From Gnetum montanum (taxonomy: Eukaryota > Plantae > Gnetophyta): DNA of 64,000 bases. The stretch spans positions 62,001-126,000 of the forward strand of contig MNCI01000527.1 of NCBI GenBank assembly GCA_015680685.1, read 5' to 3'. Shown here piece by piece: positions 1 through 12,189 of this stretch (positions within the stretch are counted from its first letter, which is position 1; each line of letters opens with the position of its first letter). Below the pieces are notes generated by a model. That model had not been told where the DNA came from. It made no database searches and saw only the letters and a list, made by a program, of their open reading frames with translations. A program made the translations under genes and the position numbers.

Positions 1-340
1 GTTCAAACAAGAAACATGCATTAATGGCCTTACTATTAAAAAGAAAGGTAGAAATTGATGAAGCCTAATATAAGCTCTTGCAAAATGCAGTGATAATGAA
101 GTGATGGTTTCATTGCTAAGCAAGTTATTATTCATTTACAGAAGAAGACTTTGTCTTATTAGGGAAAATTAACAAAAATAATGATCATAAAAAATTTTTA
201 ACTAAGTGGGATGGACCATTGATGATGAACCAACACGTGACAAATAATACTTTCAAATTAGCTACTTTAGAGAGACACGTGTTATGTTCTCCTTTTAATG
301 CCATATTTCTCAAGCATTATTTTGGGCAATCACTTACTTA
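1..340 (+). pseudogene. Retrotransposon integrase C-terminus (decayed)
   Basis: Translates to ...EDFVLLGK...KKFLTKWDGPLMM...NNTFKL, matching the Ty3 integrase GPY/F-SH3 region; multiple stops upstream. Confidence 0.6.
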
Positions 341-1659
341 AAACAACTCAATGAAGGCCAACCAAGATGTAAATATGTACAAAGTGCCTTATAACTAATC
401 CTTGTAGATCTAGCTAAGGATTAAAGCTAGTATAAGTATGTTATATTCATTAAAGCATCAACATCCATGACTAGAAAAGTAAGGAATATAGTTAAAAGAA
501 GATTTTTTGGACTTTGAAAGATCAAAATGAAAGCTAGGTTCTTGATTTCTTATTTTTCTAAATGTCACCTTGAGCATATGTAAAGAATTTAATACAGAAA
601 AATTACTTATGAGGCATCATAGAATCATCCATTTATAACTTGGCTCTCAAATAAATCCTCAATGCTCACTAATGAGAGATCAATTCATGTTTGCAAATGG
701 ATTGAAATTCTTGAGTGTTGAGACTTATCATTGAGAAGGAATCTTGAAGATGAATAAAACCTAATCCAAAACTTTAACTATGAAGATGTCTTAGCTCCTC
801 AACCTAAAAATGCAAAGGAAGAAAGACTTGAAAGTTCAAGAAGACAACACAAAGAGGAAGAAGAGCATAGAGAAGATGTTAGTCTAGAAGTTCTTGACAA
901 TGCATCATTAACTTCGAAAATGGAATCATAAACTAGAGTAGCTACTCAATTGATCACAGATATTGAATATGATGGAGCTACAAAATTCAAAATTCAAAAG
1001 AAAATTATGATCACTGTACATTTTCTACTAGTTCCACTAGCTTAATTCCTTTTTTACATTTCAGTGTTTTATGTTAGTAGAAATTAGAGTTTTTCCATTC
1101 ATAATTAAGCCTTAAGCTACTAGGGGTTTTTTCCCAAAAACCATTTGAAGTCCCATCAAGCTCTATTAAATGTAGATAGTATTTTCAAAGTTTTTTTTTT
1201 TTAGCTATGGCATTATTGTCACAACTACTCTAATCATTAAACAACAAGCATTCAGACTGTTAAGCTAATATAGAAAATTGTTTATAAATTTTTCACATGA
1301 ATAGAAAATTTTCTAAGAAAAGAATAATTACAATGGAAATTGATAAATCTTGCTCACCAAGCAAATAAAAAAATATTCTAAAGGATCTCACTAAGAAAGC
1401 TTGCAAATCTACATTAAATTATAGCTCATGAATTCATCCAACAAGAACATGAATGTACAACATATTATGCACTAGATAAACAATGAAGGTTGCAATAGAA
1501 AATGTTACTAAAAATACATGAGGATTAATAAAAGAGTTTATTTAATCAAGTTAAGGTCTTAAGATTGATTCATAACTATGAGAATTTTACTATTAATGGA
1601 GCATAAAGATTGTTAATTAGTTAAGCGTATTTATTTTTTAATGATCCCATTAGTTTAAG

Positions 1660-3270
1660 ATTCGTAGAATTAGTTTGTAGAACCAAATTTTGATTCTAGA
1701 TTTTTGGTTTACAATATGACTTTTGGCCACATCGGATTAAAGCAAAATAATGCAATATTATAATCTTAATCAGCATTTAAGGTAATATCTTGCAATACTA
1801 TAATTTGATTTTAAGGATTGCCACATCAAATAATGCATTTAAGTTTATACATTAAGAAATTTTGTGGAAAAAGAAGCTTAGAATCGAAGAATATTAGCTT
1901 TTAATATCAAGTTTGTAGAACCATAAATTGGTTCTACAAGTAAGTCTAAACCTAGTCCTATCTTGTTATCTTATGATGAATCAACATTCACATGGGTTCT
2001 TAAGTACAAAATGCTGAAAGATCTAATCTACAAAATTTAAGTGAAAAAGCATTATTTCATGTCATTGCAAGTAATATTAGTAAAGGCTCGTAGAAACAAA
2101 AATCAAATCTTCAAAGAGAAACAAAATTAGTTCTAGAAAGAAGCTTAAATCATGTGCTACATCAAATTCAAAAGAAGAAAACTTTGTAGAAATAAAAATT
2201 GGCTTCATTGGAAATCACAAATTTGGTTTTACAATTCACATAAACTTAGTGAAATACTAAGCATGTAGAACCAAAAATTGATTTTACAAACAAACTTTAA
2301 ATTTCTTCCAGCACATCAACTTTCTTAACTCTATGTCATTGTAAGCCCTATTAATGAACCTTCAAACAACCAAAATTTAGTTCTATAACAAAATTTCGAA
2401 TTAGATGTATAAGTAAACCTTAAATTATATGCCACATGAACTAAATAATAGAAGCTCAATTTAAAAAACCAAAGAGTAAGTGCTATAAAAAGAAATAGAA
2501 TTGGTTCTATAAAGGAAAGCTTTTGTCATTTGACACCTCAAATTTGAAAACGACAACCTTTATAGAGCCAAAAACTTAGTTCTATAAGAAATCATCGTTT
2601 GATTCTACAATCCACATCAAATTCTAGTGATTGTAAGGTCTTTGAACCAAAAATTGGTTTTACAAACATGCTTATTTTTTTGTTCTACCATGTCAGTTAA
2701 ATATGATCTAGTAGATATAAGTGAAGTTAAATTCTATAGAAAGCTCATTCATATCATTGAAAGTCATGTCACCAAATGTCAAATGCATAGTTTGTATAAG
2801 TATGTAGTGATTCAACAAGCAAGTTCTAAATTGGTTAAGCTTTGACTCTACAAAGAATTCTTAACCATTCTTTTGAGAGTCAAAGCAATGTCACAAAGAA
2901 TTCTATGATAGTCACAAAGAATTCTATGATTCAACAAGCAAGTTCTAAATTGGTTAAGCTTTGACTCTACAAAGAATTCTTAACCATTCTTTTGAGAATG
3001 GTTAAGTTCATAGCTTTGACTCTACAAAGAATGGTTAAGCTCAAAAGAACCCAATTACACTGAAGAAAGTTCACAAGAGTTTCTATGTTAGCATAAGCTA
3101 CATAAAACTAAAAAATGGTTTTAAATTAAATATCTTTCATGGTTCTATAAGCCAAATCATTCCAATACAAATTAGCTTAAATTTAGTTCCATGAACCACA
3201 TTGGTATGTTATACAATTAAAATAAAAGACTAAGAAGCTTTAGCTTATAGAAACAAATCTAGCTCTATAA
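1660..3270. repeat. Dispersed array of a palindromic ~26-bp motif (consensus TTGTAGAACC-AAAATT-GGTTCTACAA)
   Basis: Copies at about 1675, 1912, 2089, 2184, 2264, 2368, 2561 and 2642; local tandem duplications at about 2807-3040. Confidence 0.65.
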
Positions 3271-4279
3271 AATAATTTTACTCATAATGACATATCAACT
3301 CATTAACTCTTAATAATGTGTGATTATCTTAAGACAAAGAAAAGAGTTAAATTAGTAAAAGCTAGACTAAGCATTGAAAAGTAAGAACAAAGCTATTCAT
3401 ACTAAAATCTCATAAACATTAATGATACTAGAGAAATAGCTCAATAAATTTAAAGACATATATATATTTAAGATAACTATCAATATATAATTTTAACAAC
3501 CTATCCTTAAGTAAGAAAATCATAATTAAAGCTTAGAGTATTACTTGATATAGTTGTGCTAAATTTTGAATTACAAAGCTTATATAAAAGCATACATAGC
3601 ACACAATTACAAAGTAAGAGCTACATTGTGAAGCTGAAACTTAGTATTCTGAAGCAAAGGAAGATTTATAACCTATGCCCTTTATAAAATTTCAAACAAA
3701 AATGTCTTACAAGGAGAGAGAAGTGCCACAAAAGTTACAAATTATTGATACCTTTAGCTTCTCAAATTACTTGCAACACTTCAAGCTAAACATTTATCAA
3801 CTATGTCAATGAATTGATGTTGGGTGCTTAGAGCTAGAATAAGATGAGAAATAATTCTTTAGTTTTGATGAACACATGACTTAGTTGAGATAATAGTACT
3901 AAAAAGCTTAGAAACATTAGAAGAATGTCATGAATTCTATGAGAAAATGGGCATTCCTTAGCTCAAATTCAAGCCTAGAATGAATCTATTAATAGATATT
4001 ATCAATCACCTATTTGTAGAAATAATTCATGAAAAAGAAAAGTTCCATTTCAAGGAAAACACAGAATGATTCATTGATATTAACATCAAGAAGGCATACA
4101 AGCTCTACAACATCATAGAGCCTAACATCAATGAAGGAAAAGCCTAATAGATTAATCAAGAGATATTAAGAAAAATATTTTGGCTATATCTAGACACTAG
4201 GAAAGGTTGCAAAGCTTCCCCCAGCATAGCTTGAAAAAATTTGGGGCTACCAAACCACCATCCCAAAGGCAACTAAGTT

Positions 4280-7020
4280 CAAGTTCCCTCATCAAATTTT
4301 TGTTTTATATTCTAATTTTTGCACAAGATGTGAAATTAATTTCATTGAAGAATATCATGTCTAGGTCTGAGTAGCTTTAGAAAATAAAATAAATTCCTTA
4401 CCTATCCAAAATATAAATGATATGTTACAACAAATCTCAAAAAAAATCATAAGTAAGAAACATAGTTGAATTTGAACTCGTTTTTTATGAACTATCTACT
4501 AAGTAAGATGCTAGAGCCTAAGTAAATAGATCTAATTTTTACTGGATACAACTCATAATGTAAATCTCAACTAGAAGATCTTTGTTATAATTTCTTTCCA
4601 TTCATCTATCACAAAAACTATTTTTTAACTATCAAGCTTTAGAATCCTTAATGAATTGCATTTACTACCATTTGTTTATCTTAGAAATTCTATCATCTAG
4701 TGTTAATTAAGAAATAATCAATGAGGTTAGAAATAAGTGTCATCGAGCTATTTTTCTTCATCCTAGATACACTTTGATATGAATAGTAGGTTTTGAAGAT
4801 CAATCCTCTAAGATCCCAAGGTTCATAGCTCCATACTTAGTAGCTCTAGAAGTAGAAAGATAGATGTGGAAAAGACCCCTAAAGCATGACTACGATCATA
4901 AAGGAGTTTTCTCATTAAAATTTAGCTTTTGAAAATTTAATATTGTAGGGTACCTCAAAGGAATTGCTAATAGATATAAAGAGAAATGTAATCTTCACAT
5001 AACTCCTAAAAGAATCTATTTAGTCACAAACACCAAGAAGATACATCAGCTTGATGAGACATATGTAATATATCAAAAATATTTAGACAAAAAAATGAAT
5101 CAAGCTAAGGATAAAGCACAAGGAGAGCTAAGAAGAAGCTCATTAATAAATCTCCCAACATCCTCTTGTGATTGACCTACAGTTGAGGTATGCAAATCGA
5201 TAGAGAGCAAAGATCATCCTTTAAGCAAAGAATTCTCATAAGAATCCTTAGCTTTAATCAAAGAAAACTATTTTTCTTCAAAGCTTGATAACCTTCAAGA
5301 ATCTCATCTTGATGAAATATTTCCACCTAATAGTGTTAAAGATGCTAGGGTAAAGAGAGCTAAGAAGGTTAGAATTGAAAGAATAAAGACTAATAAGAAA
5401 AAATAATAATAATAGCTACTTAACTAGCAACAATAACAATAGGAGTTACTCGAACAACAAAAGCTACTAGAGCTATAATGGCCAAGAAAGAAGGAGAAAG
5501 CCTAGCACTAGCTTTAATAACATTAGATTTTTCCTAAGGCTATCTAATGAAAGTAGTTGGATCCTTTAAGGTGAAAGAGAAAGAGGGAAGAATAATCCTA
5601 AGTCAAAAGCTACAAACCTAGCTAGAAATACAGACAAGTATTATATTTCCTTATAAGGAAAATGATCCATTAGCAAGAGGGTAAAAGCTAGTGATGACAC
5701 ATCAAGACATGTCAGAGATAATAACTATTCTAATTAAAGATATGGGACAAGTTGCTAATAATAGAATAGTTAGGCTTAAAGAATTCTTAGTGCAAAATGA
5801 ACAAGAAATAGCTAGATTGAAGGAAGAATTAAAAGATTGTAAGAATACAAACCAAGCTAGAAACATAAACAAGTGTTATCTTTCCTTATAAGAAAGATGA
5901 CCCATTGATAGAAAGGAAAAAGCTAGTGATGATACATTAAGGCATATCAGAGATAATAGTTATTCTAATTAAAGATGTGGGATGAGTTGCTAATAACAGA
6001 ATAGCTAGTCTTAAAGAATTTTTAGTTTAAAATGAACAAGAAACAACTAGATTGAAGAAAGAATTAAAAGACTCTAAGAATAAAAAACCAAGCTAGAAAC
6101 AAAGATAAGTGTTATCTTTCATTACAAGGAAGATAATCCATTAACAAGAGTACAAAAGCTAGTGATGACACATCAAGATATATCAAAGACAATAGTTGTT
6201 CTGATTAAAGATATGGTACAAGTTGCTAACAATAGAATAGCTAGCCTTAAAGAATTGTTAGTGTAAAATGAACAAAAATTAGCTAGATGGAAGGAAGAAT
6301 TAAAGGACTCTAACAATACAAATGATCAACTTAAAGCCACAATTACAATCAAAGAGTCATTGCTAGAAAAAAAAAAGAACAAGTTAGCTTCCAATTAGAA
6401 GAAAAATGGGCTATTATAAGCTTATAATTGGAATAATTAAGGAAAACAAAAGTTTCAAATTATACATATTTTCTGCAACCAAATTTTCAAGTGGTAATTG
6501 TTGAGTTCAATTTCCAAAAAGAATGGGTAAAAGAAACTTAAGCTGAAATTGAAGAGGCCAAAAGAAATCAAGCCATCTTTGTATAGCTTAACTAGGGAGC
6601 TTAAGCTCTAGTAAGGATAATAACTAAAATATGAGAAAATTTGTCATTATTCAAGAGAGACTTTTAGGTTACACTATGATGGTAGTTGCAAGGAGAATGA
6701 CTAAAATTAATCAAAATAAGTTAGAATTGGAGTAAATATATTCTACAACAAGATCATCATTAAATAAAGTAAATAATTGATTACTTAAATTAGGATCTAG
6801 AAAAATGAAAGTAGAAGAATTTATAAAGAAGCTAGTTCAATAGGAACTAGATACATTGAATCAAGCCATCAAAGTATTATGCAATTATGGCAAGATCTTC
6901 CAGTAGTTGCCAATTGAAGACTAGCAAGTTCAAAGAATTAAAATAGCTTTTGAAACAATTCTTAAACTATCTAATGGTTTACAACTATATGAGAAAACCA
7001 TAAAATTTATTGAGCCCTAA
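4280..7020 (+). pseudogene. Decayed extra ORF between integrase and 3' LTR (globular N-terminal part plus coiled coil)
   Basis: Reads IFLHPRYTLIxIVGFEDQSSKIPRFIAPYLVALEVERxMW at about 4750-4870, then Glu/Lys-rich heptads (ORF 5691-5891); many stops. Confidence 0.45.
5621..6320 (+). repeat. Three tandem copies of a 235-236 bp unit
   Basis: GCTAGAAA... unit starts at 5621, 5856 and 6092; each encodes (V/M)MTHQD.SEII..LIKD.GQVANNRI..LKE. Confidence 0.85.
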
Positions 7021-8395
7021 ATTTCTCTAACTAATTGTAATAACTTGGAGCTACTATATAAAACTCCAAAAGGGGGTTTTTAAAAGAGGAAAAAGAAAGA
7101 AGCTTGTAAGATAATTTTTGTAGTGGTATTTAAAATGTATTTTTCTTTGCTCTCTAAAGTTTTCTTTAAATTTTTTATTTCATTAGTTAGGGTTTTACTT
7201 TTTTATCTATATTTATACATAGCTATGCTTTAGTAGATGAAAATTTTGAAAGAAGTTATTTTCTTAAAATGTGAAGGTTAGCTTTTTTATTATTATTATT
7301 CTCATTGAATAGGACAGCTTCTTTAAGTGTCAATTCTAAATGAGCTTAATGTGAAATTAGTATTATTCTAGATATAAGTTTGAGCTTTATCAATATTCTT
7401 TCAATCTCATATTTTAGCTCTATATAGCATTACTTTTCAAAATAAAGCTTTTTGAAAGTGTATTAGCAAATAGTGCAAATTTATAGAATGATGAATTTCA
7501 TCAAATTATTTTTTTACTACTATAGCTATGTGGGATTTAGAACTCGATGATTAAAAAGTTATTTAAAATAAATAGTTAGACTTAAGAGATAGCTAGAAGA
7601 GAAAGCTCTTTAATAGTAATTACAAATAGAAATAATACTTTTCACACTTAACAAATAACTTTAATAAATATAAAATAATTCATAATTAGCTCATTAAATC
7701 CATCAAAAGCTATTTGAAGGTACTTGTGTCTTAATGGATCTAGAGCTCAATGGTCACATAAAATGAGTAACTAAATTATCCTAGGCAAGGTTGTTTTCCT
7801 ATGCTAACAATCAAGTATGCTTATGTTGACATCAATGTTAGCATCACCCTTGGAGTTAGAAAAATTTTCATCTCTAAATCCTTAGATCAACATACCAAAA
7901 TGCTAAAATTTGATGCCTGTGATGTCGATAGTGTTGTGGATTGGTCATTCATGATCCTATGAAATTAAAATAGTAGTCAAAAGATAGTTTTGATGTGGAT
8001 GATGTAGATAGGATGATCTATGGCTATAACTAACAAGGCATTAGTAGTTCAATTTTGATGTTGATGCATCATCCGGGTCACCTCAAACACTTAGAAAAAA
8101 TTTGATTTTCCAAATTTTCCAAGATCACTAAAAGTGGGGCTCATATGTTGGCTTATGAGCTAAAATGATTCTTGGAGACCTCCGAAGGCTAGAAATGTGT
8201 CTTATGGAATTTTTTAATTTTTTTTTTTTTGGAGGATTTTTAGGCTCAAACTCAAATAAGACAATGTCAAAACCACACTTGAATTAGTCATTATGAAACC
8301 AAAAAAAAGTGGATACAACACCACCTTTTCTCACATTCCAAAGTAAAAGTGATTTAATAATGTAGTCACTTATCAATCATGTTATGGATTATAAT

Positions 8396-9218
8396 TGATG
8401 AAGATTCAATAAGTCAAGTGTGACATTCCACCTATGATATCATATGACTTCATATGATATCACAAATGTGATGTATCTAGTGTTAGTATTGCATATAAGT
8501 ACCATCCAACCACTACATTGAATGCATCTTTTTAGTTCCATTGTAGCTAGACTCTTGTAGTTTTATTCTGTAATTCTAGTAACAATCAATAAGTTCCGAC
8601 AGTGTAAACTAAGCAATTGTACAACATCTTTATTCAAGTGGAATATACTTGGACATATTTCATGAATGATATCAAGATTGTTTCTGACCATTGTGGTACT
8701 CTAACTTAGCTTAGATTTTATTTTTCCATGCAATTTACATTCCTTTTCACTTATTTTAATGTGTTTTTTTCATCACATGATAGTAACTTGGTAAAATGAG
8801 TATATCCAATTTCAAGCATAACGTGTAATCATTTGATAACCTAATAGAGATATCACTTGAAATGCCCAATAGCATGTCACTTAATGATCCTAGTAATAGT
8901 TACACTAGTTCATGACATGTACAATAAGTTAGAAATGGATTCTCATTGCTCTAGGATAATTAGGATTTACTTCCATTTCTAATTTGATTCAATACTTAAT
9001 TATAATGTTTTACTTTAACTTTCTTTATGTCAAATAACATCATATCATATGCCTCACTTTGAGTTAAATCATATACATTGAAGTGGAAAGATAATGATCA
9101 ATAAGCATGTATCAACCATCTAGAATTTACATTTACTCCATTCACATATTATGATAAGGTCACTCATAACATTTGTGATTTGTATGATGAAACATAAGGA
9201 CCACTTCAATGCTTATTA
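8396..9218 (+). repeat. 5' LTR of the old Athila-type element
   Basis: Colinear with 23525-24755; the end GCTTATTA is a decayed form of GCTCATCA and is immediately followed by the PBS. Confidence 0.8.
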
Positions 9219-9238
9219 TTAGCACTGTTGTCAAGAAT
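9219..9238 (+). promoter_or_regulatory. Primer binding site (tRNA-Asp), decayed
   Basis: TTAGCACTGTTGTCAAGAAT differs from TTGGCGCCGTTGCCGGGGAT only by transitions. Confidence 0.7.
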
Positions 9239-9345
9239 GGTGTTAAGTGGTCTAGTTTAGTTTATGTCATACAATTTTGTTATATGAGAGCTTAATAATT
9301 TATCTTTCATAAACTCAATATTTCTCCATCTCTTGATAACATTGG

Positions 9346-10183
9346 TGATGAGTGACGAGGTACCCCTACACCCAACCATACGAATATGAGCATTCATGCA
9401 CGATCTAATCAAGCTTCAAGGATTAAGTGCTTATGCGCTTACATAGAACAAGGATGAGTTAAGCAGTCATTGCCTTTCCAAGCTTACTTGTAAGGCATAA
9501 TTGTATGGTTAAGTAAACTCAAGGTATATGATTTTTATGTTTTTTTATATTTCTATCTTAATCTCCTAAGTATGTGTAATGAAAATATTTAATTAACTAA
9601 TGGGTCTTTTTCACTCTAATGTGAATCGAATCCTAACACCAACATCTATTCCCACTCTCTGGACACATCCTAAACTAGTGTAACACTATTGGGATTACCA
9701 AACACTAGTCATTACTGAGTTACCAAGTGTTCCATGTATGCTCGAAGTGGTCATGCTAAGTGTGCTAATTCGTTGGTAATTGATAATTAATAATTTTGTA
9801 AAATAATAGTAATTAACTATTAAAAGCATCAAATAACAGTAAATAACATGAAATGCAAGAATTAAGCTATTCTGAATGTTGCAAGGTTTATCATAAAGTT
9901 TGTCTTTATTTCTGGTCACAAGGTGTGCTCAAGTACACAATGCTTGAATAAAGATCTGTTCACTCTATGACTCCTACTATGGGCACTCAGAAATAATTCT
10001 AACTCTAGAATGGAAAAACTACAAGAGTTTAGCTAAGGGACTAAAAAAACTAATACCAAACCAAGTGAGCCCGGCTCTTAGTTATAGGCAACGAGACAGG
10101 TTCTGACATCGCATGTCTAATATCTCTTTGGCATCTCCAATGTCGCATATTTGATATCGAGGGTCGAATATTGGGACTCATCA
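9346..10183 (-). repeat. 3' LTR of the nested Athila-type element
   Basis: Highly similar to 17396-18059; adjacent PPT (minus-strand TTAGTCGTGAGGGTA). Confidence 0.9.
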
Positions 10184-12189
10184 TACCCTCACGACTAAAT
10201 GAAAACTCGTCCTTGAGTTCCTTACAAAATATTGGGAAGGTATGGGATTATTGACTGAATGATGACTAATGGTGACATGGAATGACAGACTCAAAGTGCC
10301 TGGTGAATGGATCGACAAACTTCTTATAGCATTTTTGTTCATAACCATTGTGATGAACACTATACATAGATGACATCTAGACCCTCATTTGATAGCTTGA
10401 AGAAAGAGAGAGAGAAAGGAAAATGAGGCGTGTTGCTGCCAATGTCAAAAATGTGCACACTCTTGTTCATCCATGGCCACATGACCAAGCTTTTTCCTTG
10501 CATAAATGTTCTTGCTGTAGTCCATCCTTAGTGCTTCCTCCTATTCGAGTTCAATGTTCATGTGATCAGCATCTACACACACAACACACTCACAAATTAG
10601 CAAGGATAGATAAGATATAATGTAGTTGATACCTTGCCTCGATATGAAACACATTGGCTAGGTTGTGGGTATGGAAAATACTGGGTAGGAGGTTTGTAAC
10701 TGATAACTGCCCAAGGTGTAGGGGTGAGATAAGCAATGGAATGAAAACATTTGTGACATGCCCCCACAACTAAGAGCGAATCTTTGGTAGTAATAGGATG
10801 GGAAACGAAAGACAAAGGAAGAGAAGAGGAATAACAACAGTGAAGCCAATAAAAGAAAAATAAAAATAGATGTCATGGATGGGGTGGAATGAGAAATAGT
10901 TGATTGCAAGAAATTTTTAAGGAAAAAGAACTTAATAATTGCACCAAAAAGGAATGCCAATGGGTCCTCCCCAAAGCAAGCTCATGCCCATTATGCCCTG
11001 ACAAACCCACAACCCAAAGAGTCTGTAGGCTCTAGGAATGACATATGGAGACAATAGTTAAGAATTTACCAAAGAATAACAATGTGTCAACCAAGATATA
11101 GACTAATCATAAAACTAGCAATGAGGTGGAATATGGAAAGAAATATGAAAAGAGAAGAAAGAATTGAATGGAATCCTAAAATTAAGGTTGTGTAAAGTCC
11201 CTTATGTAGTATGTGGTAAGGTGAATTAATAAAATTTAGCCAAAATCCAGATTAAAACTAACCACATCTAGTGACCTCACATCAACACACTTGACCAACC
11301 TATCCTCCTAAAGCAACAAGAATGCTTTCACAAAGCAACCACCATTCTAAAAGGAGAAGAATAGAGAAGTAGGAAGTGAGGAAGGGCCTTAGTTAGAGGG
11401 AACCTTCAGGTATGGGTAACATGCCTTTCCAGTGCCATAACTAGTGCTTGTAGCCCATGTTCCTTTATTGTGTCTAAGGAGTGTGCTTTCAATTTTCACC
11501 AATTTTTTTTATGTGAGAACCACACCATGCAAAGACTTATTTGATTCATTCAACTTCTTGATATTAGTGGATAGTGGAATGATGAAAGACCTATGAAAAA
11601 AAACATCCAAGTATCCAAGAGAATAGCTAGCACAAATGAATCGAATCCCCTTGAGGTTACACCCTTTTCAATCCATTTGAATCCTTCCTTGGTTTGAAGA
11701 ATATCAAGCCACCAATTTATTAATAGGTTTGCTTAGAAAAAGGTACAGTACATTTCCAAAACAAAGGAAGACCATAGAGTTGAATGAATGAATGGATGAT
11801 GTGGGCTCATTTCCTGTTGTATCAAAATAAACCATATCTTAGCATCAACATTAAAAGTCAAAGGTAAAAACCAAACATTAGTAATCAACACCATTATAGT
11901 ACAATCCACCATCATGAGCACTTATTATGTGACAAGTGAGAATAAATCAAAAAAAATGTAATAAAGAAAGAAATAGTAAAAATGTTAACGATGGTGTAAA
12001 AAAAACAAGTAAATATGAAAAATGTCTAAAACAAAAATGTATAAAAAAAAAGATAAAAGAAACTAAGGGCTTAGAATGACTAGCATTGGTGGCCATCTCC
12101 CCCATGACTGAGTTGGAAGGAGGAGATCTGAAATAATGAGTAGGGTTGTCCATCAATAGAGGTAGTGCTAGTACTTGCTATTTTGGACT

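Larger units (their letters stand above)
1..8320 (+). mobile_element. 3' portion of a heavily decayed Ty3/gypsy (Tat/Ogre-like) LTR retrotransposon
   Basis: Integrase C-terminal KF..KWDGP (GPY/F-type) motif at about 190-220; about 7.8 kb 3' region with decayed ORFs and repeats; PPT AAAAGTGGGG at 8130-8139 followed by TGTTG at 8146; a possible short LTR remnant ends CAACA at 8320. The right boundary is uncertain. Confidence 0.55.

Noticed and set aside
1660-3270. CRISPR-like appearance of the palindromic repeats
   Set aside because: Eukaryotic TE context, irregular spacing, related spacers and no cas genes.
9333-9345. Second PBS-like sequence across the nested insertion site
   Set aside because: Requires transversions and is not adjacent to the LTR end; the true PBS is at 9219-9238.
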